The notes below the pieces were generated by a model. It was not told the DNA's origin. It made no database searches and saw only the letters and a program-made list of their open reading frames with translations. The translations under genes and the position numbers were made by a program. Below, piece after piece: positions 12,300 through 26,398 of a stretch of DNA of 64,000 nt (its first letter is position 1; every line of letters starts with the position of its first letter). Source of the stretch: Camelus ferus (taxonomy: Eukaryota). The stretch lies in assembly GCF_009834535.1 (NCBI RefSeq), contig NC_045697.1, positions 26,600,001-26,664,000 on the forward strand, written 5' to 3'.

Positions 12300-13695
12300 A
12301 TGAAGAAAAAAGATAGTCACTTCAGCAAGTGGTGTTGGGAAAGCTGGACAGATGCAGGTAAATCAACAAAGTTAGAATACTCCCTCTCACCATACATAAA
12401 AATAAAATGGCTTAAAGACACTATAAACCTCCTAGAAGAAAACATAGGCAAAACATTTTCTGACATAAATCTTAGTAATGTTCTCCTAGGGCAGTCTACC
12501 CAGGCAATGGAAATAAAAGCAAAAAAAGCAAATGGGACTTAAATAAACTTACAAGCTTTTGCACAGCAAAGGAAACCATAAACAAAACAAAATGACAACC
12601 TATGGAATTGGAGAAAATATTTGTAAATGATGCAACTGATGAAGATTTAATTTACAGAATATATAAACAGTTCATACAGTTTAATAACACCAAAAAAAAA
12701 AACCCAATCCAAAATGAGAAGTCCCAAACAAGCAATTCTCTAGTGTAAAGACATACAAATGGCTAATAAGCACATGAAAAAGTGCTCAGTATCACTTAGT
12801 ATCAGAGAAATGCAAATCAAAACTACAGTGAGGTATCACCTCACACCAGTCAGAATAGCCATCATTCAGAAGTCCAAAAATAAATTCTGGAGAAGGTGTG
12901 GAGAAAAGGACACCCTCCTACACTGTTGGGATGCAGTTTGATGCAGCCATTATGGAAAACAGTATGAAGATTCCTCAAAAAACTAAAAATAGACTTACCA
13001 TATAATTCAGCAATCCCACTCCTGTGCATATACCCAGAGGGAACTCTTAGTTCATAAAGATACATTCATCCCAATATTCATAGCAGCACTATATACAATA
13101 GCCAAGACATGGAAGCAACCTAAATGTCCATCAACAGATGACTAGATAAAGAATTTGTGGTATATTTATACAGTGGAATACTACTATGCTGTAAAAAAAA
13201 AGAATAAAATAATGTCACTTGCAGCAACATGAATGGACCTGGATATTGTCATTCTAACTGAAGTAAGCCAGAAAGAAAGAAAAATACCATATGATATCAC
13301 TTACATGTGGAATCTCAAAAAAAAAAAAAAAAAAGAAAAGAAAAGAAGGAAGGAAGGAAGAAAAGGAAAAAGAAGACACTAATGAACTTATCTACAAAAC
13401 AGAAACAGATTCACAGATACAGAAAACAAACTTAGTTACCAGCAGGGGAAGGGGGTGGGAAAGGATAAATTGGGAGTTCGAGATGTGCAAATACTAACTA
13501 CTACATATAAAATAGATAAAAGGAAAAACAAATTTCTTCTGTATAGTACAGGGAACTATATTCAATATCTTGTAGTAACTTATAATGAAAAAAGAATATG
13601 AAAACAGGTATATATATGTATATATATATGACTGAAACATTCTGCTGTATACCAGAAACAGACACATTGAAACTAACTATGTTTCAATAAAAAAA
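12300..13695 (+). mobile_element. 5'-truncated L1 (ORF2 C-terminus + 3'UTR + polyA)
   Basis: Fragments [50 protein letters not shown]-polyA at 13686-13695; candidate TSD ATTACAC at 12293-12299 and 13696-13702. Confidence 0.93.
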
Positions 13696-15679
13696 ATTAC
13701 ACCTTAAAACAAAAGGAATATGGATGATGTGTTAGATTTGGACTCTGGAAAAATGATGGAAGAGCTGTAAACTGTCTTTGGAACCCCTCCACCTCCCTCT
13801 CACTGTCCATTTCCAGCTTCCAGAGTCTGTTCTCCCCCACCCACTCAAGGAAGTGTTCGTGGTGCTCTGCAGCTCCCCAGCTCAATCTCATGCATCAGTG
13901 TCAAGCAGTCTCTCCTGCCTCACCTACTCTAAATCTGACTTCAGATTGAAAGATCAGACAGCTACTCCCAAATGACAACTTTTCAAATGTGCCCAAAAGA
14001 TGCTAACATATTGATGGCTAGAAAATAGTATCAAGCTTCTCAATGGCATTCTTCTGTTCAATAAAATGTCACTACAGTCTACAAAACAATGTCTAATTTG
14101 TAAAAATACTTGTTTTTCCCCATGGGACTCAGTTTAAAGACTTTTATTTTGAATGGGAAAAAAATGTGGCCCATAAAAATGTTTAACATTTTAACTGGCT
14201 TTCATTCAAGTGTAGTTAGATACAGATGAAGCTCCAGAGGCAAAGTAGGTATAGGTCTGGACCCAAGCATGGGAATAGGCATAGACATAGGTCACCAGTA
14301 CCTCACACCATTTTGTATAAGGACTTCTCTCTGCTTTTTTCCCGAAACAAAACTCTCCTTTACATAACTATCTGCCCTGAGCCAAGAGTATCAGAAAAAC
14401 GCCATCAGAGAAGTTTATTTTAAAAGCAGCTTTAGAAAGAAATGGATATTTTGATCAAAGGAGTTTGAAACAGCATGACAAAATAAAGTCAATCATTTAG
14501 ATTGATAGGCAGTGGTGAGCAGGTATTTGGGTAATGGGGCCAGTATCTTGTTTAAATTAAACTTTCTGCTACAAGCGTGAGTACTGGAGTATTACATAAG
14601 TGTTCAACCAAATGTCAGAATTCTTTCATTCTTAGCTGTCTGCTCATTATGAGTAAGGCCAGCCTCCAAAATTCGAAAAGATTGAAAAGGACAGGACATT
14701 TACATTCACACATTAGGGAGAAAACATTTTTCTTCCATGTTCTGAAATATCAAAGCACCCACTAGCTTTAAACAGGAGGTTGCATTTTTGAAACGTAGAT
14801 GGAATTGAGATTCTCATTTTGTACCTCTTTGTGAAAATGCAGATGGATTGACATTCATGGTCACTGAGTTCTGTTACCATAGATATGGTTTCAGTTGTAC
14901 CAACCAGTGACAGATTGTGTATTTTATTACTTTATTTAAAATATCAAACATTTTAAAATATCCGAGCATTAACAACCTCACATATGAACATAATGATAAT
15001 ATTGTATCTACTTTAAACCATCTTAAGGTCCCTGTGGCATTAAAAAAAAAAATCTGTACCAAGATTGTGAGGCTGAAAGCATGTTAGGTTAACTCAGCAT
15101 GGTGGCTTGGCCTCCAGGGAACTCTGTAAGAAGTCAGAATTAAAATTGTGATCCCATTAGTACCCAGGTAATACAAGTAACCAGGTATTTCATTTGCTGT
15201 AATTCCACAGAACCTTAGCAAAAATAGAATAACCTAAACTTCTACCTAAACTTCTGAAAAAAGATGATTTTATTTGGTTTTACAGTGGAGGGCCACAGCT
15301 AGGAAAAAATTTACCAGAGAAATATGAACATTATTTTATTCTTCCCTACTAGACTAGTAAATTTTAAAGATCATGTTTTTATATTCCTATATTTCTCACA
15401 GAACAGAGCCTTGAATCTACTGAATGCTTGATGTATAATTTCAAATTAATGGTATATGTAAGTGGTTGACATTTTAATTAGGACCTAACACCAAGTAAAT
15501 CTTAAGTAATGACAGTGATTATCCCTGAACCCATATTGACTATGCATGTTATTGGAGGGGTGTGTTGAGGCATACCCAGTGGCATAAAAAATAATGTATA
15601 CATAGATCATAACTCTGAAAATTCATTATATGAGGATAAGCTCTTTCAATTCAACTAATAATTCAATCCAGTGAACTTT

Positions 15680-16955
15680 GGGTACGTTAGGAAACAAAGC
15701 AGTCAAAAACCTCTACTTTCATTGATCTTGTATCCTAATAGGAAGATACAACTAATATATAGTAGATCTAATAAGTGATTGTCTAGCGTGTTAGAAAGTT
15801 ATAAATGCTATGGAACAAAAGAAAAAGCAGAGCAAAATAAAGGGATTTAAAATTTTGAATGCAGGGATGTGGTTGTCAAGTTGCATCATTGACAACGGTG
15901 GTCAAGGTAAGACTCATCAAGGTGAGATTTGAGCAAAGATTTGAGAAGTTGGGAGAGTGGCCAAGCAGGTGGTTGAAGGCAGAGCTTTCCAGGCAGAGGC
16001 AACCTCCAGAGCAAAGGTCCCGAGGTGAGAGTGTGCCTGATGTGCTCAAGGAGATGCCAGGGAGTAAATGTGGCTCTTTGGAGTAGAGGTGGCAGGGAAG
16101 AGGTCTGAGGGGTAGGTAACAGGAGAGCAGGCAAGATCTTGTAGAGCCTGGCGGATGACTGTACAAACTAGCTTTCACCGAGTACAGTGAAAAGCTATTG
16201 CAGAAGTCTAAGCAGAGAAACAGTCTACTCAGATGTTTGTTTTGAATGTATCCCTCTGCTGCTGTATAGAGGAAAAACTGTAAGAAGACAAGGGTAAATA
16301 CAAGGTTGACCAATTAGGATTATTGGAGTAACCCAGTAATAGCTGATGGTGGTTTGGATAGTGATAGAAATGGTGAAGAGGTGTTAAAAGTGGTCAAATT
16401 CTGGATATTGTTAGAAGTTAGAGTAAAAGGACTTCTCAATGGAGAAGTAAAGGTATGTGATAAACAGGAGGACCAAGGATGACTCCAAAGCATTTGGCCT
16501 GGGCAAATCCAAGGATGGAGTTTCCCACCATTAGAATGAGGAAAACTACATGAAAAAGATTAGATGTTCTGTTTTGTACATTAAGTCTATCGAGGATATA
16601 TGCAAGTGGAAATGTCAGGGAATTGGGTATATAAGTCTGAAGTAGAGGTGAAAGGCCTTGGCTGAGGATTTAAATTTGAGAATTGTCAACATATTGATGG
16701 TATTGAAAGCCATCAGCCTGTATGAAACCAAGAGTTAGTGCATGGTTTAAGGACCTAGCTCAAGATGAACAGGAGGACCAACAAAGGTGGCTGAGAAGGA
16801 GCAACCAGAGAGCTAAGAGAGAAGCAGAGTGTACGGGCTCAGAATCCAAGTGAAGAAAGTGCATCAAGGAAGAGTGATCAGATTGGTCAAAACCTGTGAT
16901 AGGCCAACTGAGATAAGGATGAAAATTTGGCTATTGGATTTAGTGATATGGAGCT
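15680..16955 (-). mobile_element. Long L2 fragment
   Basis: ggtgagatttgagcaaagatttga, gcagagctttccaggcagagg, caaggatgactccaaagcatttggcctgggcaa, aaatttgagaattgtcaacat, ggctattggatttagtgat. Confidence 0.75.
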
Positions 16956-17094
16956 CATTTATAAATTAAAATGTTCATTCTGATGACATGAGCTGTTCTT
17001 TGTATGCTGCCATTTTGCTCTATACGCAGAAGTTCCCTCCACCCAAGATTTCTGTCTCTGACCTTGGTAGTTTCTTTCCTTTCTTTTTTTTTTT

Positions 17095-17345
17095 TTCCAG
17101 TCTTTTTTTTTTTTTTTTTTTTTAATTGACATATAGCCAATTACAGTATGTCAGTTTCTGGTGTGCAGCAAAATGTCCCAATCTTGCGTATATATACATA
17201 TATTCATTTTCATTAAAGGTTATTTCCAGATGTTGAATATAGTTCCCTGTGCTATACAGAAGAAACTTGTTTTTTTATCTGTATTTATAGTGGTTAACAT
17301 TTGCAAATCTCAAACTCCCAAATTTATCCTTTCCCACCCCCTGTC
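17095..17345 (-). mobile_element. Short lineage-specific L1 3' end with long polyA
   Basis: Long T run then aattgacatatagcc..gtcagtttctggtgtgcagc..gttccctgtgctatacagaagaaac..caaactcccaaatttatcctttcccacccc. Confidence 0.8.
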
Positions 17346-20300
17346 CCATCTTTCCTTCTTTCTTTTCCCCTCTTCTTTCTTTTCTTTATAACTGAGCCTT
17401 TCTTTGGTGTATGGATGAATATTATCTTTCTCTTAATTCTTTGAATTTCTTATATTTGTTTTAAACACTTTCTCTGCACATGCTTTTTAATGCCCATAAT
17501 TTTTTACCTTTAATTCCGTTTTACATTTACAATGCAAAATTTAAATTCACCCATTACTTTTTCATTTCTTAGTCTTGATTTTTTTAGGATTGTTTTTTCC
17601 AGATTATCTCACGTTTATGCTTTTATTTCAGCTGCTAAATTTTATAGGTAGGATTATCTAGCATTATTCAACTTTCATATTTACTAGGGATCATAGGCAG
17701 TGAGTTATAATAGTTATTAAAAACAAAAATCTGTTTCTCTCCAGTCATTTTTCTGTTAGTTTGACAACATAGCTATATTCTTTCTGATGCATTAATTTTA
17801 GTCTTCCTGAGAAAAGAATGTGATCTACAACAAGCTTTTTTTCTAACCCCTTCTCATTAATAATCTCCATGTTATATGCATTTTGCTCCTTTTTTTGGTA
17901 TTGAAAAGTATTGCTTTCTTATTTTTTGTTTCTTTTATCTTTGGGAATCAGTGTATTCATTTACCAACTCTGACTTTCATTCTGGCTGATCTTTGTAATT
18001 TCTTACTTATTCGTATTTATGTCATCCTGCTATTGTAGTTGCCTTTATACATAACTGGAATGGCATTCCAGTTTAGTCAGTGTTCTCAAGGCAGTAAATG
18101 TCATATCAGTGTGAAAATGAAACTGACCTAAAACAAATCTACATTAGAGATTGCAAGAGGTGGCAGAACAGAGGTTATATGTGAATTGATAATTAGGAAT
18201 ACTAAAAACAGAGTTAAAGGGAGAAATTTACCAGTAAATGAAACACTGGAAAAGCCAATGCAAAGCCCTTCTGCATATGCAGTTCCAAGGCATTATTTAT
18301 CTTACTCATAGTCCTACAGAGTTCTCAGAACTTTCGCATATGAATAAGTAAATACATGTGAAAACACACACACACACTTAAACATCATGAAACATAAATG
18401 AAGCACAAGAGCATAAATTAATAAATGACCGTCTTGCTCTCATCCTTTCATATTCTCATCCTGGCTGTGTTTATCTGCACAAACATTTTGACTTTTGATA
18501 GACCGTTTATTTCAACAGAGCAAAATATCGAATTACTCAAGGTAGTCAAATTGCTTTGAAAACACTTTTGAATGTCATCAAATGCTCCACCAAACAGATT
18601 GTCTTCAAATGGCTTTTGTTTTCCAAATAAATAACTACCTGTGTGGCATACTCTATGGTAGTACTTTAGTGTTTTGAAATGTTAATAAATGGGAAAATAT
18701 CACTCAGAAGTTATTAATGCTCCAGAGATCCTTCTAAGGATTTAAAACATTTTAAGTAGTCCTCTCCCTGTAGGGAAACAAAAAAATTACTAAATTTTAT
18801 CTGAAAAAATGCTCTGAGAAATTCAAAAGTATTCTAACTGTGGTAGAAACTCAGAAGAAATAGAAGCCAGCCACTTTGTATGTGTATTATTTTCATTTTC
18901 GTCACATCCTTGAAGAATTTTCTGGAGGCCCAAAATGATGCTAGATCCCACAAAATGACAAATTAAATTTGAAATTGTTTCAAGTATTTTTCATAAGATG
19001 TTCTAGTTTCTTCAGGGTTTATAGGATTTTTTTCTGAAATAGCAGGGTAGCAAAGTGTACAGCAAGCATCACACTGAGTTCTGGGATATCAGTTCTCTCC
19101 AAAGTTGTTACAACTGGATGATTATTTCAACAACTCTCCTGTATTATCCATTCCTCATCTCCTAAAAGCCACTCCCTGAGTTCCCTGTGGAGAAAGACCC
19201 CTCCACATTGAATTTATAATAAATAGCATGATTTAGATTGTAAATGTGTGACTATCTAAACCTATCTTCTCCAGATGCTGACAGGGGCCATCAGGTAGGT
19301 ACTAGCTAGCTTAGAAAGAGGTATCTTATATGTAACATGGCCCAGGTCACTAAGATTTACTGCACTGGAATTTGTGTCTCCAGTCTGGAAATTAATAAAG
19401 CGTTAACCTTTGTTTTCTTTGCTCATTGTTTCTTGTACATACATTTCCCTCCAGAGCTTTGTCAGAAATTGTGGTTTGATCAGAGACAGGATTTTGGTAT
19501 TTCTGGATCCCTGATCCATAATATCATATTAATACCAAAACAAAAATTTCACCCTGTCTTCTGAAAGCTGTAGGTAAGGCTGACTTTCAACTTTTGGATA
19601 TTGATATACACAATTTTGACTAAAAAGGCATTTATCCAGGAATTGATTTCTCACCCAAATAGGTTAGGAATATTTTTGAGAATTCATATCTGCAATGAAA
19701 ATATCGTATTTGTGTTATCCTCCCTCTGAAGAGATTGCATATATCCATAAAGTGCTAACATGATACTGTGAACAACTTCTCCATGTGTTTGTAGAAAATA
19801 GCTTTGACATTGAAACTTGTTCTTTAAAGCGAGAAAATTCATGTGTAGAACATAATGGAGATAAAAGTATAGGCAGATGGAAACCCCTAGCAAGTGTTAC
19901 AGAGAGCAGAGAGCCTGTCTGAGAAATGTGAATTACTTTTTAAAAATTTAAAACCAAATGCATCATTTTAGTTTCACCTTTAGTGCCCGGGTGACTAACA
20001 AGCCTCTCCATTTTCCCAAGGCTTATTTATTTCATGGTGGTTCACCCTCTACTGACTGTCCCAAACAGAATGGTGAATTGTTTATATCAATGATATGAAT
20101 TAAATTTTTCTGAAAATAAGAATTTTGTCATTGATTGATAACTCAGATAAGAAAAACTTTTAATCTGGGGGTAGAATTCATTAATTACATAATGAAAATT
20201 AAATTCAGTCAATAGTAGAGAGGAAAAATTTTTCTGGATGCTGGAGAGACACGTTTTTAAAAAAAACTTAACACTGTGTTTCAGGTATTTACACTCCTTA

Positions 20301-20989
20301 AAATATGGCAGATACTATGATTTACCATTTAAAACATGAAAATAAGCTTCAATTGACAGCCAGGCTTATACATAACCTTGAAGAAGCACTTAACTATGAA
20401 TTTTTCCAGGGGTGATGTATTAGAATTGTTGATTCCCTTTGGTATGAATCAAATGGCTTCCATTTTAAATCCATTTTTGTGATCTAGGGATACCAGGAAT
20501 GTTTTTTCTGACTATAAAAATGCTTTTATCTAAGCAAAGTCCTCAGAATAAGTCCTCCAGCCTCAGAGCACACTGAAAATTTGAGTATGATTTAAGCTTA
20601 TGATGAAATAATAGTTACCAGGTTATAATTATCTGGAAAGTTTTTTTTTCTATTATGAGGAGGAATTTTAAAGGCTGATGTGTTTTAAACTATGAAAACT
20701 CTCCTAAAATTATTTTTAATAAATCTAAGATCCATAAGGTTTCCTTGAGTCTTCTTAAGGAACTTTTTAAAGCATAGATAAATCCTTCTCTGGATTAAGT
20801 AGGATCGTTTGAAAACTGTTTTACTCTACTATATTATTGCTAGGACAGTATCTCTCTTTGGTATAATGATGTTAGCATAAATTAAGGAGTATTGTAAGGA
20901 ACTGTCATGTGAAAATTATTTTATTTACTCTGGATATATTGTTGAGGATACTTGTGACTACATAAAACAGTCTTGTTTTTGACATCTGT

Positions 20990-21470
20990 TAAAACTCACC
21001 AATCAACTGATAACCAGCAAAACATCTGTAATCACACAAATGTATGAAATTGTTTTATTTAGTCTGCTATAGCAAGGGAGAAGACCCCCAGGGGACCATA
21101 AGGAGCATCTTAGTAAAGGGAAGCTGGGAGAGGCTTCTTACAGGGTTTAGGCTAGTGCTAGACAATTCTGAAGATAGATTAGGGAGATGGGTTGGATGCT
21201 ATCAAGAAGCAGAAACAATTCAGTGATGGAGTATCTCAGTGACTTTTTTCCAGAAGCTAGATAGTTTAAACAAGGGTTATACTGTCAATGGAAGGAAGCA
21301 GAGACCATTGAAAAAGGAAACAATAGTCATTTTATGATTTCAGGAGAGCCTTGTCTGTATTTGGATAGAAAGTTTCCTCTGGCCTTGTCTACATCCAATG
21401 AAAGGGTGCTTGGTTTAGGTTAGGACCATCACTGATTGTAAGCGGGGTCATTTTATGTCCTCAATTCCAA
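20990..21470 (-). mobile_element. Degenerate LTR-like element
   Basis: tttatttagt..agcaagggagaagac..agggtttaggctagtgctag resembles antisense ERV LTR text; family not recognised. Confidence 0.35.
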
Positions 21471-21784
21471 AGGGAATTTTTTTTTTCTTTCAGTTTTTAC
21501 TCCCAAAGATACCTGTGTTTCTCCCCAGTCCCTGGTTTGTTTCCATCTTATAAGTGCTGGAAATTGTTAAAGGGACTATAACTTGATCTTCAGTGATTGC
21601 TAGAAAGCTCAGAAGTTGATTTCCTACCCCAACTCTGTCAAGTTCATGAGACAGAACAGCTTTAGCATTAGCACATGTATCTTACACCAGTGTAACCACT
21701 AGCTTCATCTTATTTTTCCTACTCTACCCAGTTTTCTGGCTTCTATTTTTTTTAATATACATTGAAAATCATGTCAAGTATTTT

Positions 21785-22250
21785 TGGGGTGGAGGTGATA
21801 CCCTCCCTAGTAGGCCCCCAACAAATGTCCTTCTGCCTTGTGTTGTTTGAGCCAATAGAACGAGACCAGGTTTGGTCCAGAAGCAGAGGAAAGCTTTATT
21901 CTTTGATCAAAGAATGGAGAGGTGCTAGCTCGTGTCCTAGAGTCTACGCTCTCCCTGACAGGTGGTTGGTGGGGCTGCTTTATGGAGTTCTCATCAATAG
22001 GGAGGGGGGCGGAGTTCTCAGGGGTAGGGTACAGCTGGAACTCACGCTCTAGATTACAGTGCAGGACACAGCATCTCTGCACACTGCCCAGAGGTGATGT
22101 GTCGGCGCCGCCATTTCACACCGGGAACTCTGTTCTGAGGCACTGGGGGCAAGGCCTCTGCAAACAGTACCCTATGAGCAAGTGACACTAGACTAAGCAC
22201 AAAAGAAAGGGGGAAAAAAGGTTAGATTTTATTGTATTACCCAGGTTCTA
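21785..22250 (-). mobile_element. Relatively young ERV solo LTR
   Basis: Minus strand: GC box (22006-22014), CATAAA (21979-21984), AATAAA (21895-21900), 3' CA at 21785-21786; TTTT on both flanks; CpGs retained. Confidence 0.6.
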
Positions 22251-22429
22251 TTTTTAATTTCCTGAGAATTGTTAATAGGCTTTACTGGACAAAGGCAGGG
22301 AGTAAATGAAAAATAACTTTCAAGCTTGGCTTGTCTTTAGTTTATTAACTCAGAGTTGTGGCAGGAAGGATACAGGAAGCAGCTATGGATATAGATGGGG
22401 TCAATGAAGAATGCTGCAAAACAGAAGCC

Positions 22430-22620
22430 AACATCCAGAACTGTACCTGGTTCTAGTCTAGACTCCATCATGAACTGTCCTTGTGACCCACAGAGTCATT
22501 GAACTTTGTCAAGCATTATTTTCCTTAACTTTAAAGTAGAGATTATAATAGCAATACAATTAGGATAAAATTAGAAAAGTCATCTGAAAGACTTCTGTTA
22601 ATTTTACACAACACTATATG
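22430..22620 (+). mobile_element. MIR fragment
   Basis: cctggttctagtctagactccatc..tgtgacc..gtcattgaact..ttttccttaactttaaagtagagattataatag. Confidence 0.55.
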
Positions 22621-23721
22621 AATATTTTATTAATAATTTATTGCCAAATGCTTTGTGCACAGAAGGCATATTGCTCAAACAAATTTATATTTACTTTTTA
22701 AAAATATTTTCATTATTAACAAGTTTAAAACCAATGTAATTATAATATACAAAAATAGAAAAAGAATAGACTTCTCAATTTTCCAAATATAGTAATACCC
22801 AGGGGTTCTTAGCATAAAGTAAAGGCAATTAAGTTTTATGATGGCCTTAAAAATAGTGGAAAAAAAAAAAGGAGTAAGAAAATGTACCTTTCGTGAGGTG
22901 ACTATAATAAAATCTATCATATTTCCTTCATTTTAGAATGTAAGAATCACAGTTATAAAGCAATTATGTAAAATCTCCCAAGCTCATAAATGCCAATGTA
23001 ACAAACCTTAATTCAGATTCTAAATCACTCAATTATATGGTAATTTAGCTATTCTTTTTAAAACAAGTTTACACTGTTCTACTCATTTCTTGACCTTTGA
23101 ACATGTGGAGTATAATTTCCTTGATAAAAAGGACTGCTGCTAGATTGTGTATATGATCCTCATGAGAAAGCAAGCAGAACAACACAGAACACTATGGCCA
23201 ACAGAGCACAGAAGTACCTATGAAGTAATTAAATATACTTCCAGCATATAGACCTGGGTTATATGTTAAGTATTGTCTTTTAGAAAGAGTCACTTGAGAC
23301 ATACTGTGTTCATTCCTATACTACCATCATTGGTCAAAATTTACATGCAGTTCACTTTTGGTAATTACTTTCAGAGATGGTTTAAAAGTGAAATATGATA
23401 ATCATTTTTATTTCAAACTCTCATTTCCATATCAGCCCCACATAGAGTTCTTTCCCAACAGTCACCTGTTTTCAATTAAAATTGCTTTGAATGAATGATC
23501 ATTGGTTGTTCGTAAATACCAAACCCTCCTTTGAGATATTAAGCTTTTTCATTATTAACATGCAGAACTAGGCTCTGAAACACTCTGTGGTTAAGTTCCA
23601 CATGTTTCATCCTGTGGCAGTATCCTTAGGAAAGGGAGGGCTATCCCACATGAGGCAGTACTCACCGGGCGGTGAATGCGCTCCTCTGGTTGGTCAACAG
23701 TCATCTTGCTTTAGCGTATAT

Positions 23722-23757
23722 TGTATACATACAGTGTATACATACAGTGTATACATA
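23722..23757. repeat. 13-bp tandem repeat (tgtatacatacag) x~2.7
   Basis: Read directly from the sequence. Confidence 0.85.
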
Positions 23758-25434
23758 AAATGAATGTAAAGCATTTGCAAATATACCAGATATTTTCTAT
23801 TCTTTGATCAAGAATTCAACCCATTTTATTGTCACATTATTTTTCACTGTGAGCTAACTTTAAAATATTAAATATGTTAAGTTTGCAGAAGTCCAGTATT
23901 CCAAAAAACTAATATTCAACAGAAGCAGAGTGAATTGAGACAGTAGAAAATTGCTTCTGTTCCCTTTCTCTGTTAAGCCAAGAGACTGCAGGCCTACCTA
24001 GAGGATTTCATTTCTTCCCAGTTAATAACTTTAGAAGGTGATTTAGGCTACTTTTTGAGTCCATGTTTATACCTCTGTCCAGCCAGCTTCAGCCTCTGTG
24101 AGCAAGGTAAAGGTAAGGAGAGGGCAAGATTGTTTCACCAATCTGGCACATAAAGTTGGGGTCATTGAGATTGTATGATGTTGATGTGGGATAGTTTGGA
24201 GTTGGGTATGTCCTATGTAGTTGTAAAGCAGAGGATGAAATAAGGACTGCAGGCAAGATAAATTCCAGAAATCTCTTTTCGGGCTCATTGTTAATAGGTA
24301 TTGTCATGGTGATGGAAAGAGGAGGAATTGGAAGGAGACTCTAGAAGATAATAAAGTGATGGGTTTTATGAAATTTTTGTGAGATTTTTCCCCGTCTGAG
24401 TCAGGCCTTGTCGAGGACCTTGCCAGATTCTCTTGGTACTGTGAATGCCAGATGATTAGTAAAATCTTCACAGTGCCTACAAGCCACACCAGCATCCATC
24501 CTCCTAAAAGAAACACTGGCTTCTACAGGTTCAAGAATAGTAGGTTCCTGGATTCTGGTGCCACTGGCACATTTGACGGCTAAGGCCATTTTCAGTATTT
24601 GCCTATAGATATGTGCTTTGTGGGCAAGACTGTTGTTTTCATTTTATCTTCTACAATATGCTGAGTGAATATGAAAGTAACTTTTAAAATTTGAGCCCAG
24701 AGTATTACTTAACTAGGTTTATCAAAACATAATTGGAAAAAGAAAAAATATATGTATACATGCCTGTTTCACCTGTCTGCCAAAAAGAGACTAAGGCTTT
24801 CTGGCAGTATGGGTCTTTGTTGTCATTGTTCTCTTCCTTTGTTTTGCTTTTATTGCTAATTTCAATTCAAACGTCGAACAAGGTACGCTGTAGCGAATCT
24901 ATGGGGAAATAAAAACTGTAACACACCAACAACCCAGCTCAGTCCACCTCCACCCTGTTACAGTGATGTGTCTTAAAGACAGATCTGATCTTACACCCCA
25001 GCTCTACCACTTGATCCTATTCACCAGTCCAGAGTCCTTACTTAGCACAACATACATGTCTTGTCACTGTGACTACTGCTGACTGCTCTATCTGCATCTC
25101 TTGCCTCTTTCCTGTACACAGTCTATGTTCTCACAATATGAACTATTGATTCCCTGCATTTAAATACTACTTAACACTTCCTTGCTCCCAGTACTTCCTT
25201 TGCCCAGAATACTTTTTGTGGTTATCTTTTTTACCCCAATAATATTATTTGTCTTCCCCACTTCTGATTCATAAATTACCTTTCCTGGGAAATCTCTGAC
25301 TGACTTAGGCCCTATCCTATTAGGATAGCTGTCCCTTCTGCTGACATCTATTGTTTGCTGACTAGCACCCGTTATGCATACTCCATTCTGAAAATAGTAT
25401 CGTGAATGTCCTTAAAGACATGTCTCATACCTCA

Positions 25435-25513
25435 AGTCGCAAGTTTGCCTGGGACTGAAGGGTTGCTAGAGGTGGGACTTTCAGTGTTAAAACCAGGATG
25501 GCTGGTCACCATA
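25435..25513. mobile_element. MER94-like hAT MITE fragment within L2 remnants
   Basis: gtttgcctgggactgaaggg..gggactttcagtgttaaaaccagga..ggtcaccata. Confidence 0.6.
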
Positions 25514-26119
25514 CCAGTGCAGGACTTGACCCCCTATCCAATCACTTTTTTAAATCTGCCTGTTTCCCCCATTAAACTCTTAGTTCTTAAAAGCACTGTT
25601 TTGTCTCTGGTAGCATATAGTGCTTTTCTTGATGCTTAATACATATTCAGTGAATGAATTTCCATTTTCAAAGGGTTTGTACTAGAGAAAGTGATAACAA
25701 GCTCTTGAGGTCTGAGCACACATCCATTGTATGTGTTGTTTCCTTGCTGTTAATAGCAGCACTGTTAATAAGAGGTTAAAAAAATCTGGAAACAAACCAA
25801 ATAGCCATTGACCAGAAAATGCATAAGCATTTTGTGAATAGATAAATGTACTGTGGTAAATATAATCACAGTGTAATAGTATACCAAAGCAGGAATTAAT
25901 GGACTACAAATGCACACAACAAATTGGTTATTCTTAGAATTACAATTTTTATTATATTTGTTACATGCAAAGAATAAATATGAAATATATACCAAATATA
26001 TTTTAACATATGCTGAAGGGGAAAGGAAAAAATGCTTCTATTTTATCAACCAGTCAATGGTAGGAGAATTATTATTTTCACTACCAATACTGCTATTACG
26101 ACCATTACTCTTATGCATA

Positions 26120-26340
26120 ACTTGTTATTGAACATTCATTCCATGCTACATTCTATGATAAGCACTTTGCATACATTATCTCATTTGATTTTATTTTCTC
26201 AAAAACTCTATGCACTTTGCAGATGAAGAAACCAAGATACAGAGATAGTAACTGTCTTACCCAAGAACACACAGGGAGTTAGTGCTGGAGCCAGGTTTCA
26301 ATCCTGGTTCTACCTGGCTCCAAAGCCCATGTTTCTTCAG
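26120..26340 (-). mobile_element. MIR
   Basis: taagcactttgcatacattatctcatttgatt..tttgcagatgaagaaaccaag..cttacccaagaacacacag..gtgctggagccaggtttcaatcctgg. Confidence 0.75.
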
Positions 26341-26398
26341 TGGACTATATTGATAGTCCATCCAATGATCGGAGTTATTAATAGCCATTAATATGAAT

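Noticed and set aside
13291..13497. Lys/Glu-rich 68-aa ORF
   Set aside because: Translation of an A-rich expansion in an L1 3'UTR.
15859..16313. 145-aa and neighbouring ORFs
   Set aside because: Lie inside a decayed L2; no protein motifs.
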